64,000 nt of DNA from Armatimonadota bacterium (GCA_037444405.1 JBBIML010000012.1:95463-159462), one strand, 5' to 3'; shown: positions 29,175 through 39,211, counted from the stretch's first letter. Numbers and translations: made by a program. Notes: generated by a model from the letters alone, not told the origin.

Positions 29175-29954
29175 ATGCATTGGAGAGGCTTTACATTGAT
29201 CGAGCTACTGGTTGTGATTGCGATTATCGCCATTCTGGCGGCGATATTGTTCCCTGTGTTCGCACAGGCACGGGAGAAGGCGCGTCAGAGCCAGTGCCTG
29301 TCTAACATGCGCCAGCTGGGGATGGCGTTCGCGGCGTATCGCACCGATTATGACGGCGTGAATCCGGGCTTGAGCGAGGGCTGCCGCGGGTTCGTGACCT
29401 ATGGCGCCGACCACCCATCTTGGCAGAGGGGGATCACGCCGCGTGTCGAGGGGCACTGGGTGCCCAACTATCCTTTCATTCAGAACTGCGGCGATCCGGA
29501 GCGCTCGCCCGTTCATCCCAGCTGGGCGGCGACGGGGGTCACGCAGGGCGCCATCTATCCCTATGTGAAGAACGCGCAGGTCTATGTGTGCCCCTCGCAC
29601 CGCCGCAAGGATGAGCTCAAAATCAGCTATTCGCTCAACTCGGTGGCGGGCTTCATGCCTGAGTCGCAGGTGGAGCGCATCGCGCAGTTTGCAATGCTGA
29701 TCGACGAGCAGGAGACGCTCAACGACGGGCACTATCGCGCCTTCTGCGGCGACCGCTACTGCGACTGCCCCTCGTTTGTGCACACAGGCGGCGCGAACTA
29801 TACTTTCTTTGATGGGCACGCGAAGTGGTACCGCTCACTGAAGGAGCGCCCCCGCATTCGAGACTGCAACGGTACTGTTGACCCCAGAATCTTCTGCCCC
29901 AGAATTCCCTTTCCTGAATCACAGGACTACGCCTACTACTGCTCGCAGGAGTGA
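29175..29954 (+). CDS. Prepilin-type N-terminal cleavage/methylation protein with H-X9-DG domain (DUF1559-like)
   Basis: [46 protein letters not shown]. Confidence 0.93.
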   Translation: MHWRGFTLIELLVVIAIIAILAAILFPVFAQAREKARQSQCLSNMRQLGMAFAAYRTDYDGVNPGLSEGCRGFVTYGADHPSWQRGITPRVEGHWVPNYPFIQNCGDPERSPVHPSWAATGVTQGAIYPYVKNAQVYVCPSHRRKDELKISYSLNSVAGFMPESQVERIAQFAMLIDEQETLNDGHYRAFCGDRYCDCPSFVHTGGANYTFFDGHAKWYRSLKERPRIRDCNGTVDPRIFCPRIPFPESQDYAYYCSQE

Positions 29955-29960
29955 GCCATC

Positions 29961-30839
29961 ATGCTGGATCGGATTCGGTTCATACTGGGCGAGACGCTGA
30001 CGAGTCTGCGGCGGCACGGCATGCTGCAGGTGGCGGCGGTCAGCACCGCCTGCATCGCGCTCATCCTGCTGGGCAGTCTCGGCATGATGCTTTACAAGCT
30101 GGACGCGATTGCCCAGTCGCTGCCGCGCCAGTTCGAGACGGAGGTGTTTCTGAAGCCTGAGGTGCCGCGCGAGCGTACCCTCGCGCTCAAACGGCGCATC
30201 GAGGCGATGCCGGAGGTGCAGAGCGTGCAGCTCATCCCGCGCGAGCAGGCGTGGGAAGAAGAGAAGAAGCGCTATGCAGACGAGATCAACCTCGCCGACC
30301 TGCCGAACCCGCTGCCCGACAAGCTGATTGTGCGCACGCGCGAGCCAGCCCTGCTCAAGAAGGTGGGCGCAACCCTGCGTCAGCATCCCGATGTGGACGA
30401 GGTGCTGGATCAGCAGGGCACGCTGGAGCGGGTGCTGGCGGTGGCGCGACTGGTGCGCTGGGTGGGGCTGGCGCTCGTGAGCATGCTGATGCTCTCCGCG
30501 CTGGTGCTGATCTATAACGCGGTGCGTCTCACCATCCTCGCGCGGCAGCTGGAAGTACGAATCATGGCGCTGGTGGGCGCAACCCTGCGCACCATCCGTA
30601 TGCCGTTCATTCTGGAAGGCATGGTGCAGGGCGGGCTGGGCGGCGTTCTGGCGGCGGCGCTGGTGCTGCTCGGCGCGGGACTGCTGTCGGACTATATGCT
30701 GCGCCTGTGGCCCTTCTTGAGCGATCTGCCACCGGGTGCGCCTGCCTTTCTGGTGATGCTGGGTCTGCCCGCACTCGGCGTGCTGATGGGCGGGCTGTGC
30801 GCATGGTGGGCGGCGCAACGGTTCGTGCGAATCAGTTAG
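29961..30839 (+). CDS. ftsX: Cell-division permease FtsX
   Basis: TM-periplasmic-3TM layout, NPLPD, IYNAVRLTI, MALVGAT..IRMPFILEG. Confidence 0.9.
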   Translation: MLDRIRFILGETLTSLRRHGMLQVAAVSTACIALILLGSLGMMLYKLDAIAQSLPRQFETEVFLKPEVPRERTLALKRRIEAMPEVQSVQLIPREQAWEEEKKRYADEINLADLPNPLPDKLIVRTREPALLKKVGATLRQHPDVDEVLDQQGTLERVLAVARLVRWVGLALVSMLMLSALVLIYNAVRLTILARQLEVRIMALVGATLRTIRMPFILEGMVQGGLGGVLAAALVLLGAGLLSDYMLRLWPFLSDLPPGAPAFLVMLGLPALGVLMGGLCAWWAAQRFVRIS

Positions 30840-30859
30840 CGCGGGCTCGCCCAACAGAA

Positions 30860-31867
30860 ATGGACATTCGTTACAGGGCAATTGTCGCAGGCGGTGGTCT
30901 GCTGGTGGCGCTGCTGCTGAGCGTGGGCATTACGCTCGGCATCGGTGTGGTGCCCCTCTCGCCAGCGGAACTCTGGCGGGCGCTGCTGAATCGCGCTTCG
31001 GACCCGACGCTGCAAACCATCGTGTGGGAGTTGCGCCTGCCGCGTGTGCTGCTGGCGCTGCTGGTGGGTGGTGCGCTGGGCATGGTGGGCGCAGCGTTTC
31101 AGGGGCTGTTGCGCAATCCGCTCACCGACCCCTATGTGGTGGGTGTGTCGGCGGGGTCGGCAGTGGGCGCCGCGTTGGCGTATCTGCTTGGCTGGCACCT
31201 GCGCGGCTACGGGCTGGGCGTGTCGCTGCTGGCGTTCGTCAGCGGGCTGGCAACGCTGGGGTTGGTGATGGCGCTTAGCCGTACCGATGGACGACTGCAG
31301 CCTGGCGCCTTTCTGCTGATGGGCGTCGCACTCAGCGCGAGCCTGTGGGGCGTGATGACGCTGCTGCTGGTGCTGGCAGGCGAGGAGATGGCGCGCGTGC
31401 TGTACTGGCTGCTGGGCGGGCTGTTGAACGCCGACTGGCAGCGGGTGGAGGGCGTCGCGCCGCTGGTGCTGCTCGGCGCGGTTGCGATGCTCACCCAGGC
31501 GCGCGGGCTGAACCTCTATGCGGTGGACGAAGAGATGGCGCAGCATCTGGGCGTGCGCGTGGAGCGACTCAAGCGGGTGGTGCTGATCACAGGCGCGCTG
31601 ATGACCGCCGCAGCGGTCGCGGTGGCGGGCATCATCGGCTTCGTCGGCTGGCTGGTGCCGCACCTGTTGCGCCGTCTGGTGGGTGGCGACTATCGGCTGC
31701 TGTTGCCGCTCTCTGCGCTGGGTGGCGGGCTACTGCTGCTCTGGGCGGACACGCTGGCGCGCACGCTCACCCGACCTGCGGAGCTGCCCGTCGGGGTCAT
31801 CACCGCCCTGCTCGGCACACCGCTGTTCGTGTGGGTCATTCGCCAGTATCGGCAGGCGACTGCCTGA
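30860..31867 (+). CDS. FecCD/BtuC family ABC permease
   Basis: LRLPRVLLA, QGLLRNPLTDP, A.HLGV, GIIGFVGWLVPH, ELPVGVITA. Confidence 0.93.
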   Translation: MDIRYRAIVAGGGLLVALLLSVGITLGIGVVPLSPAELWRALLNRASDPTLQTIVWELRLPRVLLALLVGGALGMVGAAFQGLLRNPLTDPYVVGVSAGSAVGAALAYLLGWHLRGYGLGVSLLAFVSGLATLGLVMALSRTDGRLQPGAFLLMGVALSASLWGVMTLLLVLAGEEMARVLYWLLGGLLNADWQRVEGVAPLVLLGAVAMLTQARGLNLYAVDEEMAQHLGVRVERLKRVVLITGALMTAAAVAVAGIIGFVGWLVPHLLRRLVGGDYRLLLPLSALGGGLLLLWADTLARTLTRPAELPVGVITALLGTPLFVWVIRQYRQATA

Positions 31868-31882
31868 ACCCTCCCGGCACGG

Positions 31883-32113
31883 CTACCGCTTCATCATCGA
31901 CTCCAGCACCTGTCGGACTTCCTCTGGCAAATCCACCGGCACAAACATCGACGCAGGATAGAGATACCCCTCTGGCTCCGACAGATCTTCGTCGATAATC
32001 CGCACCAGATTGTGGGCTTCAGCGTCCGGATCGGGCAGTCGGCGATAGACCTTGCCCACAATCAAGCTGGCAGAGTTCTTGTCGGTACGAATACAGAGAA
32101 CGAACTCGCTCAT
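31883..32113 (-). CDS. Small conserved protein (GKVY...RIIDE...YLYPA motif), putative antitoxin/partner
   Basis: 76-aa ORF whose ATG overlaps the upstream TGA (ATGA). Confidence 0.75.
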   Translation of the reverse strand: MSEFVLCIRTDKNSASLIVGKVYRRLPDPDAEAHNLVRIIDEDLSEPEGYLYPASMFVPVDLPEEVRQVLESMMKR

Positions 32114-32350
32114 CGCATTACCCTCTTGATTTTAAAATCTCTCCGACCGATTCCATGTGCTTCGTACCAGTGAATCTCCGCTTCACAGATTGTACCATCC
32201 GCCAGCTGCACGGTGGCAATCCCCTTCATTTTCCGCCAGCGCCCCTTGCCATAAACCCGATTCAAATGGTGTCGCATATAGGCGCCTCGCCCTGAGGCAA
32301 TGGTCTCTATATCTTCTGATTTCGCCCAGAATCTTGAACCCTGAGTGCAT
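32110..32350 (-). pseudogene. Frameshifted small basic protein (WRKMKG...IHWYEAHGIG...FKIKR), putative toxin
   Basis: MHSGFKILGEI in one frame continues as DIETIASGRG...HWYEAHGIGRRDFKIKRVMR after one extra base near 32311-32320. Confidence 0.75.
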
Positions 32351-32425
32351 CCATGAACCTCTGCCTGCCACGAAAGATTATGCCCATAGAGCCTGCTGGC
32401 TCGTGTTGGGGTAGACTATAATGTA

Positions 32426-32501
32426 GCCCCCGTAGCTCAATGGATAGAGCAGCGGCCTTCTAAGCCGTTGGTTGTGGGTTCGAGTCCCGCCGGGGGCGCC
32501 A
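32426..32501 (+). tRNA. tRNA-Arg (anticodon TCT), CCA encoded
   Basis: GCCCCCG/CGGGGGC acceptor stem, D-loop TGGATAGAGC, anticodon loop CTTCTAA, T-loop GTTCGAGTC. Confidence 0.97.
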
Positions 32502-32518
32502 CAGGTATACTTTCTCCG

Positions 32519-32608
32519 ATGGCCGCACGACTGAGCGTCACTTCACAGGCACAGGTTTACATTGCTGACAGTCGCAACATGGCGCCACCTCAGGCTGGCT
32601 CCGAGTAA
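32519..32608 (+). pseudogene. 29-codon stub resembling the N-terminus of an N4/N6 DNA methyltransferase (VYIADSRNMA)
   Basis: ATG 7 nt after TATACT; resemblance ends at an 8-bp repeat of the tRNA 3' end. Confidence 0.4.
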
Positions 32609-32618
32609 AATAGAGGCT

Positions 32619-33578
32619 ATGATACTCACGGTCACGCTCAATCCGTCGGTGGATGAGGCGGTTTTTGTGGAGGAGTTGCGCCTGCATGACACGAACCGCG
32701 TGCTGCGGGTGGAGGTGGACGCGAGCGGCAAGGGCGTCAATCTGGCGCGGGTTGCCCACCGGCTGGGTAGCCCCGTGATGGCGCTGGGCTTTCTCGGCGG
32801 CAAAACGGGGCAGTTCGTGGCGGCTGTGTTGAACCACGGGGGCGTGCCCCACGATTTCATCTGGATCGACAAGCCCACACGCCGCAATCTCTGCATCGAG
32901 GAATTGTCGGGGCGACCGCCCACAATGCTGAACGAGCCGGGTCCCGAAATCAGCCCGCAGGCGTGGGAGGCGTTGCTGTCAAAGGTGGAGCAATACCTGC
33001 CACAGGCGTCGTGGCTGGCGATGGGCGGTAGCCTGCCGCCGGGCGTGCCACGCGACGCCTACGCGATTCTTATCGAGCGTGCGCGTCAGGCGGGCGTGCC
33101 CTGCGCGCTCGATAGCGACGGTCCGCCGATGCTCGCTGCCCTGCGGGCCCGACCCGATCTGATCAAGCCGAACGAGCATGAGGCGGAGCGGTTGCTGGGT
33201 CGCGCCCTGCGCACCGATGCCGACTGCTTCGCGGCGGCGCGCGAACTGCACGAGCGCGGCATTCGCTATGTGGTCATCTCGCGTGGGGTAAAGGGCGCCG
33301 ACGCCGTTAGCAGTGAGGGCGCGTTCCGTGCTATCCCGCCAGCCGTGCCCGCACGCAGTACCATCGGCAGCGGCGACTCAATGGTTGCTGGCATGCTCCA
33401 TATCCTGTCGCAGGGCGGCAGCATAGAGGAAGCCCTGCGCTGGGGCACCGCCGCCGGCGCCGCGACCGCGACCACCAGCGGCGCCGAAATCGCCACGCGC
33501 GAGCAGGTGCTGGAGCTGCTGCCTCAGGTCAAAATCCGCCGAATCGAGGCACAGCAGGCACCTCAGCCTGCGCCGTAG
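32619..33578 (+). CDS. 1-phosphofructokinase / PfkB family hexose kinase
   Basis: ILTVTLNPSVD, GKGVN, GSLPPG, IKPNEHE, STIGSGDSMVAG. Confidence 0.93.
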   Translation: MILTVTLNPSVDEAVFVEELRLHDTNRVLRVEVDASGKGVNLARVAHRLGSPVMALGFLGGKTGQFVAAVLNHGGVPHDFIWIDKPTRRNLCIEELSGRPPTMLNEPGPEISPQAWEALLSKVEQYLPQASWLAMGGSLPPGVPRDAYAILIERARQAGVPCALDSDGPPMLAALRARPDLIKPNEHEAERLLGRALRTDADCFAAARELHERGIRYVVISRGVKGADAVSSEGAFRAIPPAVPARSTIGSGDSMVAGMLHILSQGGSIEEALRWGTAAGAATATTSGAEIATREQVLELLPQVKIRRIEAQQAPQPAP

Positions 33579-35782
33579 CGCGCACGGAGGTTGCGCGCCG
33601 CCTGCACCATGTTCGTCAATGCGGGGATCACCTCTTCCCAGCGGCGCGTCTTCAGCCCGCAGTCAGGGTTGATCCAGAACCGCTCGCGTGGGATCACCCG
33701 GATCGCCCGCTCGATAATCGCCTCAATCGATTCGACGCTTGGCACAACGGGCGAATGCACATCGAACACGCCCGGACCTATCTGCCGCGCGTAGTTGTAA
33801 TGCTCGAACGCGCCGATGACCTCGCCCTTGCTGCGCGTCGCCTCGATGGTGATCACATCGGCGTCCATCAGGTCGATGAACGGCAGCACCTCGTTGAACT
33901 CGGAGTAGCACATGTGGGTATGCACCTGGGTTTCGGGTCGGGCGCGGGCGGCGAGCCGAAACGCCTGCGCTGCCCAGCGGAAGTACGGCTCCCAGTCGGC
34001 GCGTTTGAGCGGCGCCTTCTCGCGATAGGCTGGCTCGTCAATCTGCACAATCTGGATGCCCGCCGCCTCCAGATCGCGCACCTCATCCTGCAACGCGAGC
34101 GCGATCTGGAACGCCACCTGCTCCACCGGAATATCTTCGCGCACGAAGCTCCACGCCACAATCGTGACGGGACCGGTCAGCATGCCCTTAACAGGCTTCT
34201 GCGTGAGCGACTGGGCGAACGCAATCTCTTTGACGGTCATCGGCTCGCGCCGCTGCACATCGCCGTAGATGATGGGCGGGCGATAGACGCGCGTGCCGTA
34301 CGACAGCAGCCAGCCCTGCTGGGTGAAGGCGATGCCCTCCATCTTCTCGGCGAAAAATTCCACCATGTCGGTGCGCTCGAACTCGCCATGCACCAGCACA
34401 TCCAGCCCGAGCTCTTCCTGCAGCTGGACGCAGCGCCGAATCTGGTCCTGAATGAACGCCTCATATTCGGATTGGCTGATTTTGCCGTTGCGGTAGGCGG
34501 TGCGCGTCTGGCGCACTTCAGGCGTTTGCGGGAAGCTGCCGATGGTGGTGGTGGGGAACAGGGGCAGGCGCAATCGCTCCCGCTGGATTTTATCGCGCTC
34601 GCTGTAGGGCAGCGCACGCTCGAAATCGTCCGGGCGCAGGCTCGCCACCCGCTGCTGAACCTCCGCCGAGTACCAGTGGTCGATGCTAAGAGCGGGTTCT
34701 TCAGGCAGGCTGGACGGATCAGCGCCATCAATCAGCAGGCGTTTCAACTGCTGCAGTTCCTGGAGACGCTCCTTCGCGAAGGCGATTCGCGCCTTCAGAG
34801 CGGGGTCTAACCGCTCCTCTGGCTCCACCGTCACGGGCAGGTGCATCAGCGGCGAGCCGTTGGACAGCCAGAGTGTGGCTCCTGTGCGCATCTGCAGATT
34901 GCGTATCAGCTCCACGAGCGCGCGCAGGTTCGACCGCCACACATTGCGCCCATCCACCACGCCCGCTATCAGCACCTTATCGCTGGGGAAGCCGAACTGA
35001 CCAATCTGGTGGAGGTTGCGCCTGCCATGTACAAAATCCAGCCCAAGCCCCGCGATGGGCAGCTCATACAGCAGGGGCAGAAAGTCCACGCTATCGTAGC
35101 AGGTCATCACCAGCAGGTTCGCTTCCTGACCGAGCGTGGTGTAGACCTGCTGGATGGCGCCCAGATGCTCGGCGGGCACATCCAGCGCGAAGGCTGGTTC
35201 GTCGATCTGGACGAAACGTGCGCCCGCCTCGCGCAAAGCCCGCAACAGCTCGCCATACGGTTCAGCAACCGCCTGTAGCAGGAAGGGCAGCTCATCAGGC
35301 GCGTAGCCGCGACTGAGCCGCACAAAGGTGTAGGGTCCTATCAAACAGGGAACGCCCTCGCCTCCGACGCCAGCCGACCGAAACCGCTGCAGAGCCAGAA
35401 GCGGCTTGTTCCAGCGCAACTGGAAGCGCGTCGACCGCTCGATGTGCGGCACCAGATAGTGATAGTTCGTGTTGAACCATTTGGTCATCGGCAGCGCGTC
35501 GGCGCCCCGCGCCAGCTCAAAATAGGCGTTCAAATCGTCGGGGTCTATCGGATAGACGCCCAGCATCAGCGCCGTGTCGAGCATGGCGTCGTAAAGGGTC
35601 ATCTCACCGACGGGGAAGGCGTCCACGAACTGCGCATAGGTCGCCCACCGACGCTGCTCCAGCGCGTCAATACCCGCTCGCAGCTCCTGTTCAGAGACCT
35701 TGCCCTGCCAGTAGCCTTCGATCAACCGCTTGAACTCGCGCTGTTCACCCAGTCGCGGATAGCCATAAGCGTAGCTCTGCAT
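33563..35782 (-). CDS. metE: Cobalamin-independent methionine synthase
   Basis: GYPRLG, MTKWFNTNYHY, PTTTIGSFPQ, HGEFERTDMVEFF, HTHMCYS, NPDCGLKTR. Confidence 0.97.
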   Translation of the reverse strand: MQSYAYGYPRLGEQREFKRLIEGYWQGKVSEQELRAGIDALEQRRWATYAQFVDAFPVGEMTLYDAMLDTALMLGVYPIDPDDLNAYFELARGADALPMTKWFNTNYHYLVPHIERSTRFQLRWNKPLLALQRFRSAGVGGEGVPCLIGPYTFVRLSRGYAPDELPFLLQAVAEPYGELLRALREAGARFVQIDEPAFALDVPAEHLGAIQQVYTTLGQEANLLVMTCYDSVDFLPLLYELPIAGLGLDFVHGRRNLHQIGQFGFPSDKVLIAGVVDGRNVWRSNLRALVELIRNLQMRTGATLWLSNGSPLMHLPVTVEPEERLDPALKARIAFAKERLQELQQLKRLLIDGADPSSLPEEPALSIDHWYSAEVQQRVASLRPDDFERALPYSERDKIQRERLRLPLFPTTTIGSFPQTPEVRQTRTAYRNGKISQSEYEAFIQDQIRRCVQLQEELGLDVLVHGEFERTDMVEFFAEKMEGIAFTQQGWLLSYGTRVYRPPIIYGDVQRREPMTVKEIAFAQSLTQKPVKGMLTGPVTIVAWSFVREDIPVEQVAFQIALALQDEVRDLEAAGIQIVQIDEPAYREKAPLKRADWEPYFRWAAQAFRLAARARPETQVHTHMCYSEFNEVLPFIDLMDADVITIEATRSKGEVIGAFEHYNYARQIGPGVFDVHSPVVPSVESIEAIIERAIRVIPRERFWINPDCGLKTRRWEEVIPALTNMVQAARNLRARYGAG

Positions 35783-35819
35783 CGTTTTTTAGCCTCCTGT
35801 AGGAGCGGCGATAGGGCGA

Positions 35820-37142
35820 TTATACCACCTCGCCCAGCACGCCCTCTGGTGAAACGCTGGTGATTCGGACGGGCAGGAGTTGCCCGCTGAGCGAGGGCGA
35901 CGCCACGAACTCCACCTGCAGGTAGTGATCGCTCGTGCCCGTCATCAGCCCGGAGAGTTTGGAGAGGGTCTCCGCCCGCACATATTCGATCTGCCCGATG
36001 AATCGGCTGGCGTAGCGCAGTTGAACGGTGCGGCAGAGCGCCTGCAGCTGTTGCGAGCGCTCCAGCTTCACGGGTTCGGGCACCTGCTGCGCCATCTGCT
36101 CGGCAGGCGTGCCCGGCCGCGGTGAGTAGCGGAACAGGTGCGCCCGACAGAACTCCGCCGCCTCCACCACCCGACAGGTGTTCGCGAACGCCTCCTCATC
36201 TTCACCTGGAAAGCCCACCATAATGTCGGTGCTGATAGCCAGATTCGGCACGCGCTCGCGCAAGCGGCGACACAGATCGAGATAGAACGCCTGATCGTAG
36301 GGGCGATTCATGGCTTTCAGCACGCGCGAATCGCCGCTTTGCAGAGGGATATGCAGGTGCGGGCACATTTTGGGGTTGGTCGCCAGCAGCTCGATCAGCG
36401 CGTCGCTGACCTGCGTTGGCTCGATGGAGCTGATGCGGATTCGCTCCAGCCCATCGATTTCGCTGAGCAGCTGGCAGAGCGCGGGCAGGTCGGGTCCGCC
36501 ACTGCCCGAATGGGCGCCGTAATCGCCAATCAGCACGCCCGTCAGCACAATCTCTTTGAAACCGCGCTCCACCAGCGCCCGCGCCTCCGCCAGCACCTCC
36601 TGATAGGGCACGCTGCGCATCACGGGGCGCGTGTAGGGAATTGAGCAGAAGGAGCAGAACACATTGCAACCGTCCTGAATCTTCAGCACGGCGCGGGTAC
36701 GCCGCAGGGCAGGAGGAGCCGCATCGCCGTCGGGCGGTTCGTCCTCCGATACGATGGAAGGCGCGCGTTGCCCGTTCGGGCGCAACTGCGCCTGCAGCTG
36801 CGGGAACTGCTCCAGCAGGATGTCCACCGTGCGCAGTTTGTCAGGGTTGGGCACGACCAGATGGGCTTCGGGCACGCGCTCGCCCCGCCGCAGGCTGAAC
36901 TGCGCGTAGCAGCCCGTCATCACCACAATCGCGTTCGGGTTCTGACGCGCGGCGCGACGCACCGTCTGGCGCGACTTCGACTCCGCCGATTGCGTCACTG
37001 AGCAGGTGTTGATCACATACACATCGGCGGGGCTATCAAACGGCACCACTTCGAACCCGCACGCCTCAAAACTCTCCAGAATCTTCTGGGTCTCGTACTG
37101 ATTGACCTTACAGCCCAGCGTTGTGAGCGCGACCTTCGGCAT
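35820..37142 (-). CDS. mtaB: tRNA methylthiotransferase MtaB
   Basis: TLGCKVNQYE, INTCSVT, KIQDGCNVFCSFC, DIMVGFPGE, YSPRPGT; true start ATG 37142. Confidence 0.93.
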   Translation of the reverse strand: MPKVALTTLGCKVNQYETQKILESFEACGFEVVPFDSPADVYVINTCSVTQSAESKSRQTVRRAARQNPNAIVVMTGCYAQFSLRRGERVPEAHLVVPNPDKLRTVDILLEQFPQLQAQLRPNGQRAPSIVSEDEPPDGDAAPPALRRTRAVLKIQDGCNVFCSFCSIPYTRPVMRSVPYQEVLAEARALVERGFKEIVLTGVLIGDYGAHSGSGGPDLPALCQLLSEIDGLERIRISSIEPTQVSDALIELLATNPKMCPHLHIPLQSGDSRVLKAMNRPYDQAFYLDLCRRLRERVPNLAISTDIMVGFPGEDEEAFANTCRVVEAAEFCRAHLFRYSPRPGTPAEQMAQQVPEPVKLERSQQLQALCRTVQLRYASRFIGQIEYVRAETLSKLSGLMTGTSDHYLQVEFVASPSLSGQLLPVRITSVSPEGVLGEVV

Positions 37143-37223
37143 CGTGAAGCAGATTGTACCCGTTCGGCAGGCGAATAGGCTATAATAGTGACGGCGTTGA
37201 AGCGATTCAAGGGACGGAGAACG

Positions 37224-39137
37224 ATGAAAGAGCGGACGCTGTGCGTGGTGGCGATGGTGCTGGGTGCGCTCGCCTACGCCGATGAGCATGCGCACCTGCC
37301 CATCTATCTCGATTATCCTGCTGGACAGTGGGATGACTGGTCGTGGGCGCCCCACGATATGCGCAACATGAATCCTGTGCGCTCCTATCAATACTCCATT
37401 CGGGTCAATCTGCTGCCGTGGACGGCGGTGCGCTTCCATCACAGTGGGCTGGACACCACTGGCTTCAGCCATCTGGAGTTCTGGGTGCATGGCGGCTCCA
37501 CAGGCGGTCAGCAGTTTTCGGTGATGGCGGCGGTGAACGGCAGCGACCGCCCACCCGTGCCCATCACGAACTATGTTTCGATCCCTGCCAATCAGTGGGT
37601 GCGCGTGCAGGTGCCGCTGAGCGATCTGGGCGTGGCGCAGGGCGTGCGCCTGACCGACATCTACTTTATTGAGCAGCGCGGGCAAATCGTGCCCACTTTC
37701 TATCTGGACGATATTCGGCTCTTTCGCGCCAGTGTGCCCACCAGCGCCACGGTCAGCATCGACCTGGATCAGCCGCTTCGCGAGCTGACACCGCTGCTGT
37801 TTGGCATCAATGTCGCCACCTGGGACTGGAACCTGACCCGGAGCGACACCATCAACATGATGAAGCGGGGCGGCTTTCTGGCGCTGCGCTTTCCGGGCGG
37901 CTCCACCAGCGACGAATACGACTGGGCGAACAACCGCAATCGGCGCACGGGCACTAACTACGGCACGAACACCGATGGGTTCCTGAATGTGGCGAACCAG
38001 CTGGGCGCGGAGAAGATAATCACGGTCAACTACGGCTCTGGCACGCCGCAGGAGGCGCGCGACTGGGTACAGTACGCCAACATCACGCGCGGGGGTAATG
38101 TGCGCTACTGGTGCATCGGCAACGAGTGCTACGGCACCTGGGAGTACGACACGCACCTTTTTCAGCATGATGCCATGACCTATGCGCAGTTCACCCGCGA
38201 CGCGATTAACCTGATGAAAGCGGTTGACCCCACTATCAAGGTGGGCGTGGTGGGCACCTGGAGCGAGACCGACTTCCCCCAGCGTGTCTTTGTGACGAAC
38301 CCGCGCACGGGTCAAAGGGTCAACGGCTGGTCGGCGGTGCTGCTCGCCACGCTGCGCGACCTGAATGTGGTGCCCGATTTCTATGATATTCACTACTATC
38401 CCCAGAATCCGGGGCACGAGGATGACGCGAACCTGTTGCACGCCAGTCGCGACTGGGCGGAGATTCTGACCCGCACGCGCCAGATGTTGCGCGACTATCT
38501 GGGCGCGGCGGGCGACAGCGTGCTGATTATGGTCACCGAGAATAACGCCGTCTCCTCCAGCCCGGGCAAGCAGACGACCAGCCTGGTGAACGCGCTCTAT
38601 CTGCTCGATTCGTGGGGTCAGGCGTGCGCTGGGGGCGCGGCGGCGTTTCTGTGGTGGGATCTGCACAACAGCACCGACACGGCGAACAACAACAGCCCCG
38701 TGCTGTACGGCTGGCGTAACTGGGGCGATTACGGCGTGCTATCGGCAGGTCCAAACTCGTCGGGCGTGGGCGACCCGCTCAACACGCCTTACCCTGTTTT
38801 CCATGCGTTCGACATGCTGCGTCGGTTCGCGGCGCCGGGCGACAGGTTGGTGCGCTGCACCAGCACGCACCCGCTGGTGAGCGCGTATGGGGTTCGGCGG
38901 GCGGATAACAGGCGTCCGCGCCTGTTGCTCCTTAACAAGTCTCGTTCACTCACGGTCAGCACGCTCATCCAGTTGCGCAACGCCGCGCCCGTCAGTCAGG
39001 TGACGGTGCATCAGTACGGGATTCTGCACGATCGGCTGCGCAAGACGCCCACCACGCGCCGCGTGCGGGTGCAGGGTACACAACTGCGCATGCTGCTGCC
39101 GCCGCTCTCGATCACCGTGGTGGAGTTCGAGCGGTAG
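37224..39137 (+). CDS. Secreted glycoside hydrolase (alpha-L-arabinofuranosidase-like, clan GH-A) with N-terminal carbohydrate-binding-like domain
   Basis: Signal peptide; LRFPGGSTSDEY, WCIGNECYG, IHYYP, MVTENN. Confidence 0.8.
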   Translation: MKERTLCVVAMVLGALAYADEHAHLPIYLDYPAGQWDDWSWAPHDMRNMNPVRSYQYSIRVNLLPWTAVRFHHSGLDTTGFSHLEFWVHGGSTGGQQFSVMAAVNGSDRPPVPITNYVSIPANQWVRVQVPLSDLGVAQGVRLTDIYFIEQRGQIVPTFYLDDIRLFRASVPTSATVSIDLDQPLRELTPLLFGINVATWDWNLTRSDTINMMKRGGFLALRFPGGSTSDEYDWANNRNRRTGTNYGTNTDGFLNVANQLGAEKIITVNYGSGTPQEARDWVQYANITRGGNVRYWCIGNECYGTWEYDTHLFQHDAMTYAQFTRDAINLMKAVDPTIKVGVVGTWSETDFPQRVFVTNPRTGQRVNGWSAVLLATLRDLNVVPDFYDIHYYPQNPGHEDDANLLHASRDWAEILTRTRQMLRDYLGAAGDSVLIMVTENNAVSSSPGKQTTSLVNALYLLDSWGQACAGGAAAFLWWDLHNSTDTANNNSPVLYGWRNWGDYGVLSAGPNSSGVGDPLNTPYPVFHAFDMLRRFAAPGDRLVRCTSTHPLVSAYGVRRADNRRPRLLLLNKSRSLTVSTLIQLRNAAPVSQVTVHQYGILHDRLRKTPTTRRVRVQGTQLRMLLPPLSITVVEFER

Positions 39138-39211
39138 GGTTCTGGCTCTCAATGCCTCCACTGCAATCCCTGTGGGAAGAGGAAGCCCTTGCAGGTATAA
39201 TCGGGGTTAAG

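Noticed and set aside
32183..32371. 62-aa ORF from the track
   Set aside because: Out-of-frame product of the frameshifted gene at 32110-32350
35783..35825. SAM or cobalamin riboswitch before metE
   Set aside because: TATAAT lies only about 35 nt from the ATG, leaving no room for an aptamer
37143..38666. N-terminal 508-aa extension of the 948-aa MtaB ORF
   Set aside because: Antisense to the glycoside hydrolase; MtaB homology and a TACAAT box indicate a start at 37142
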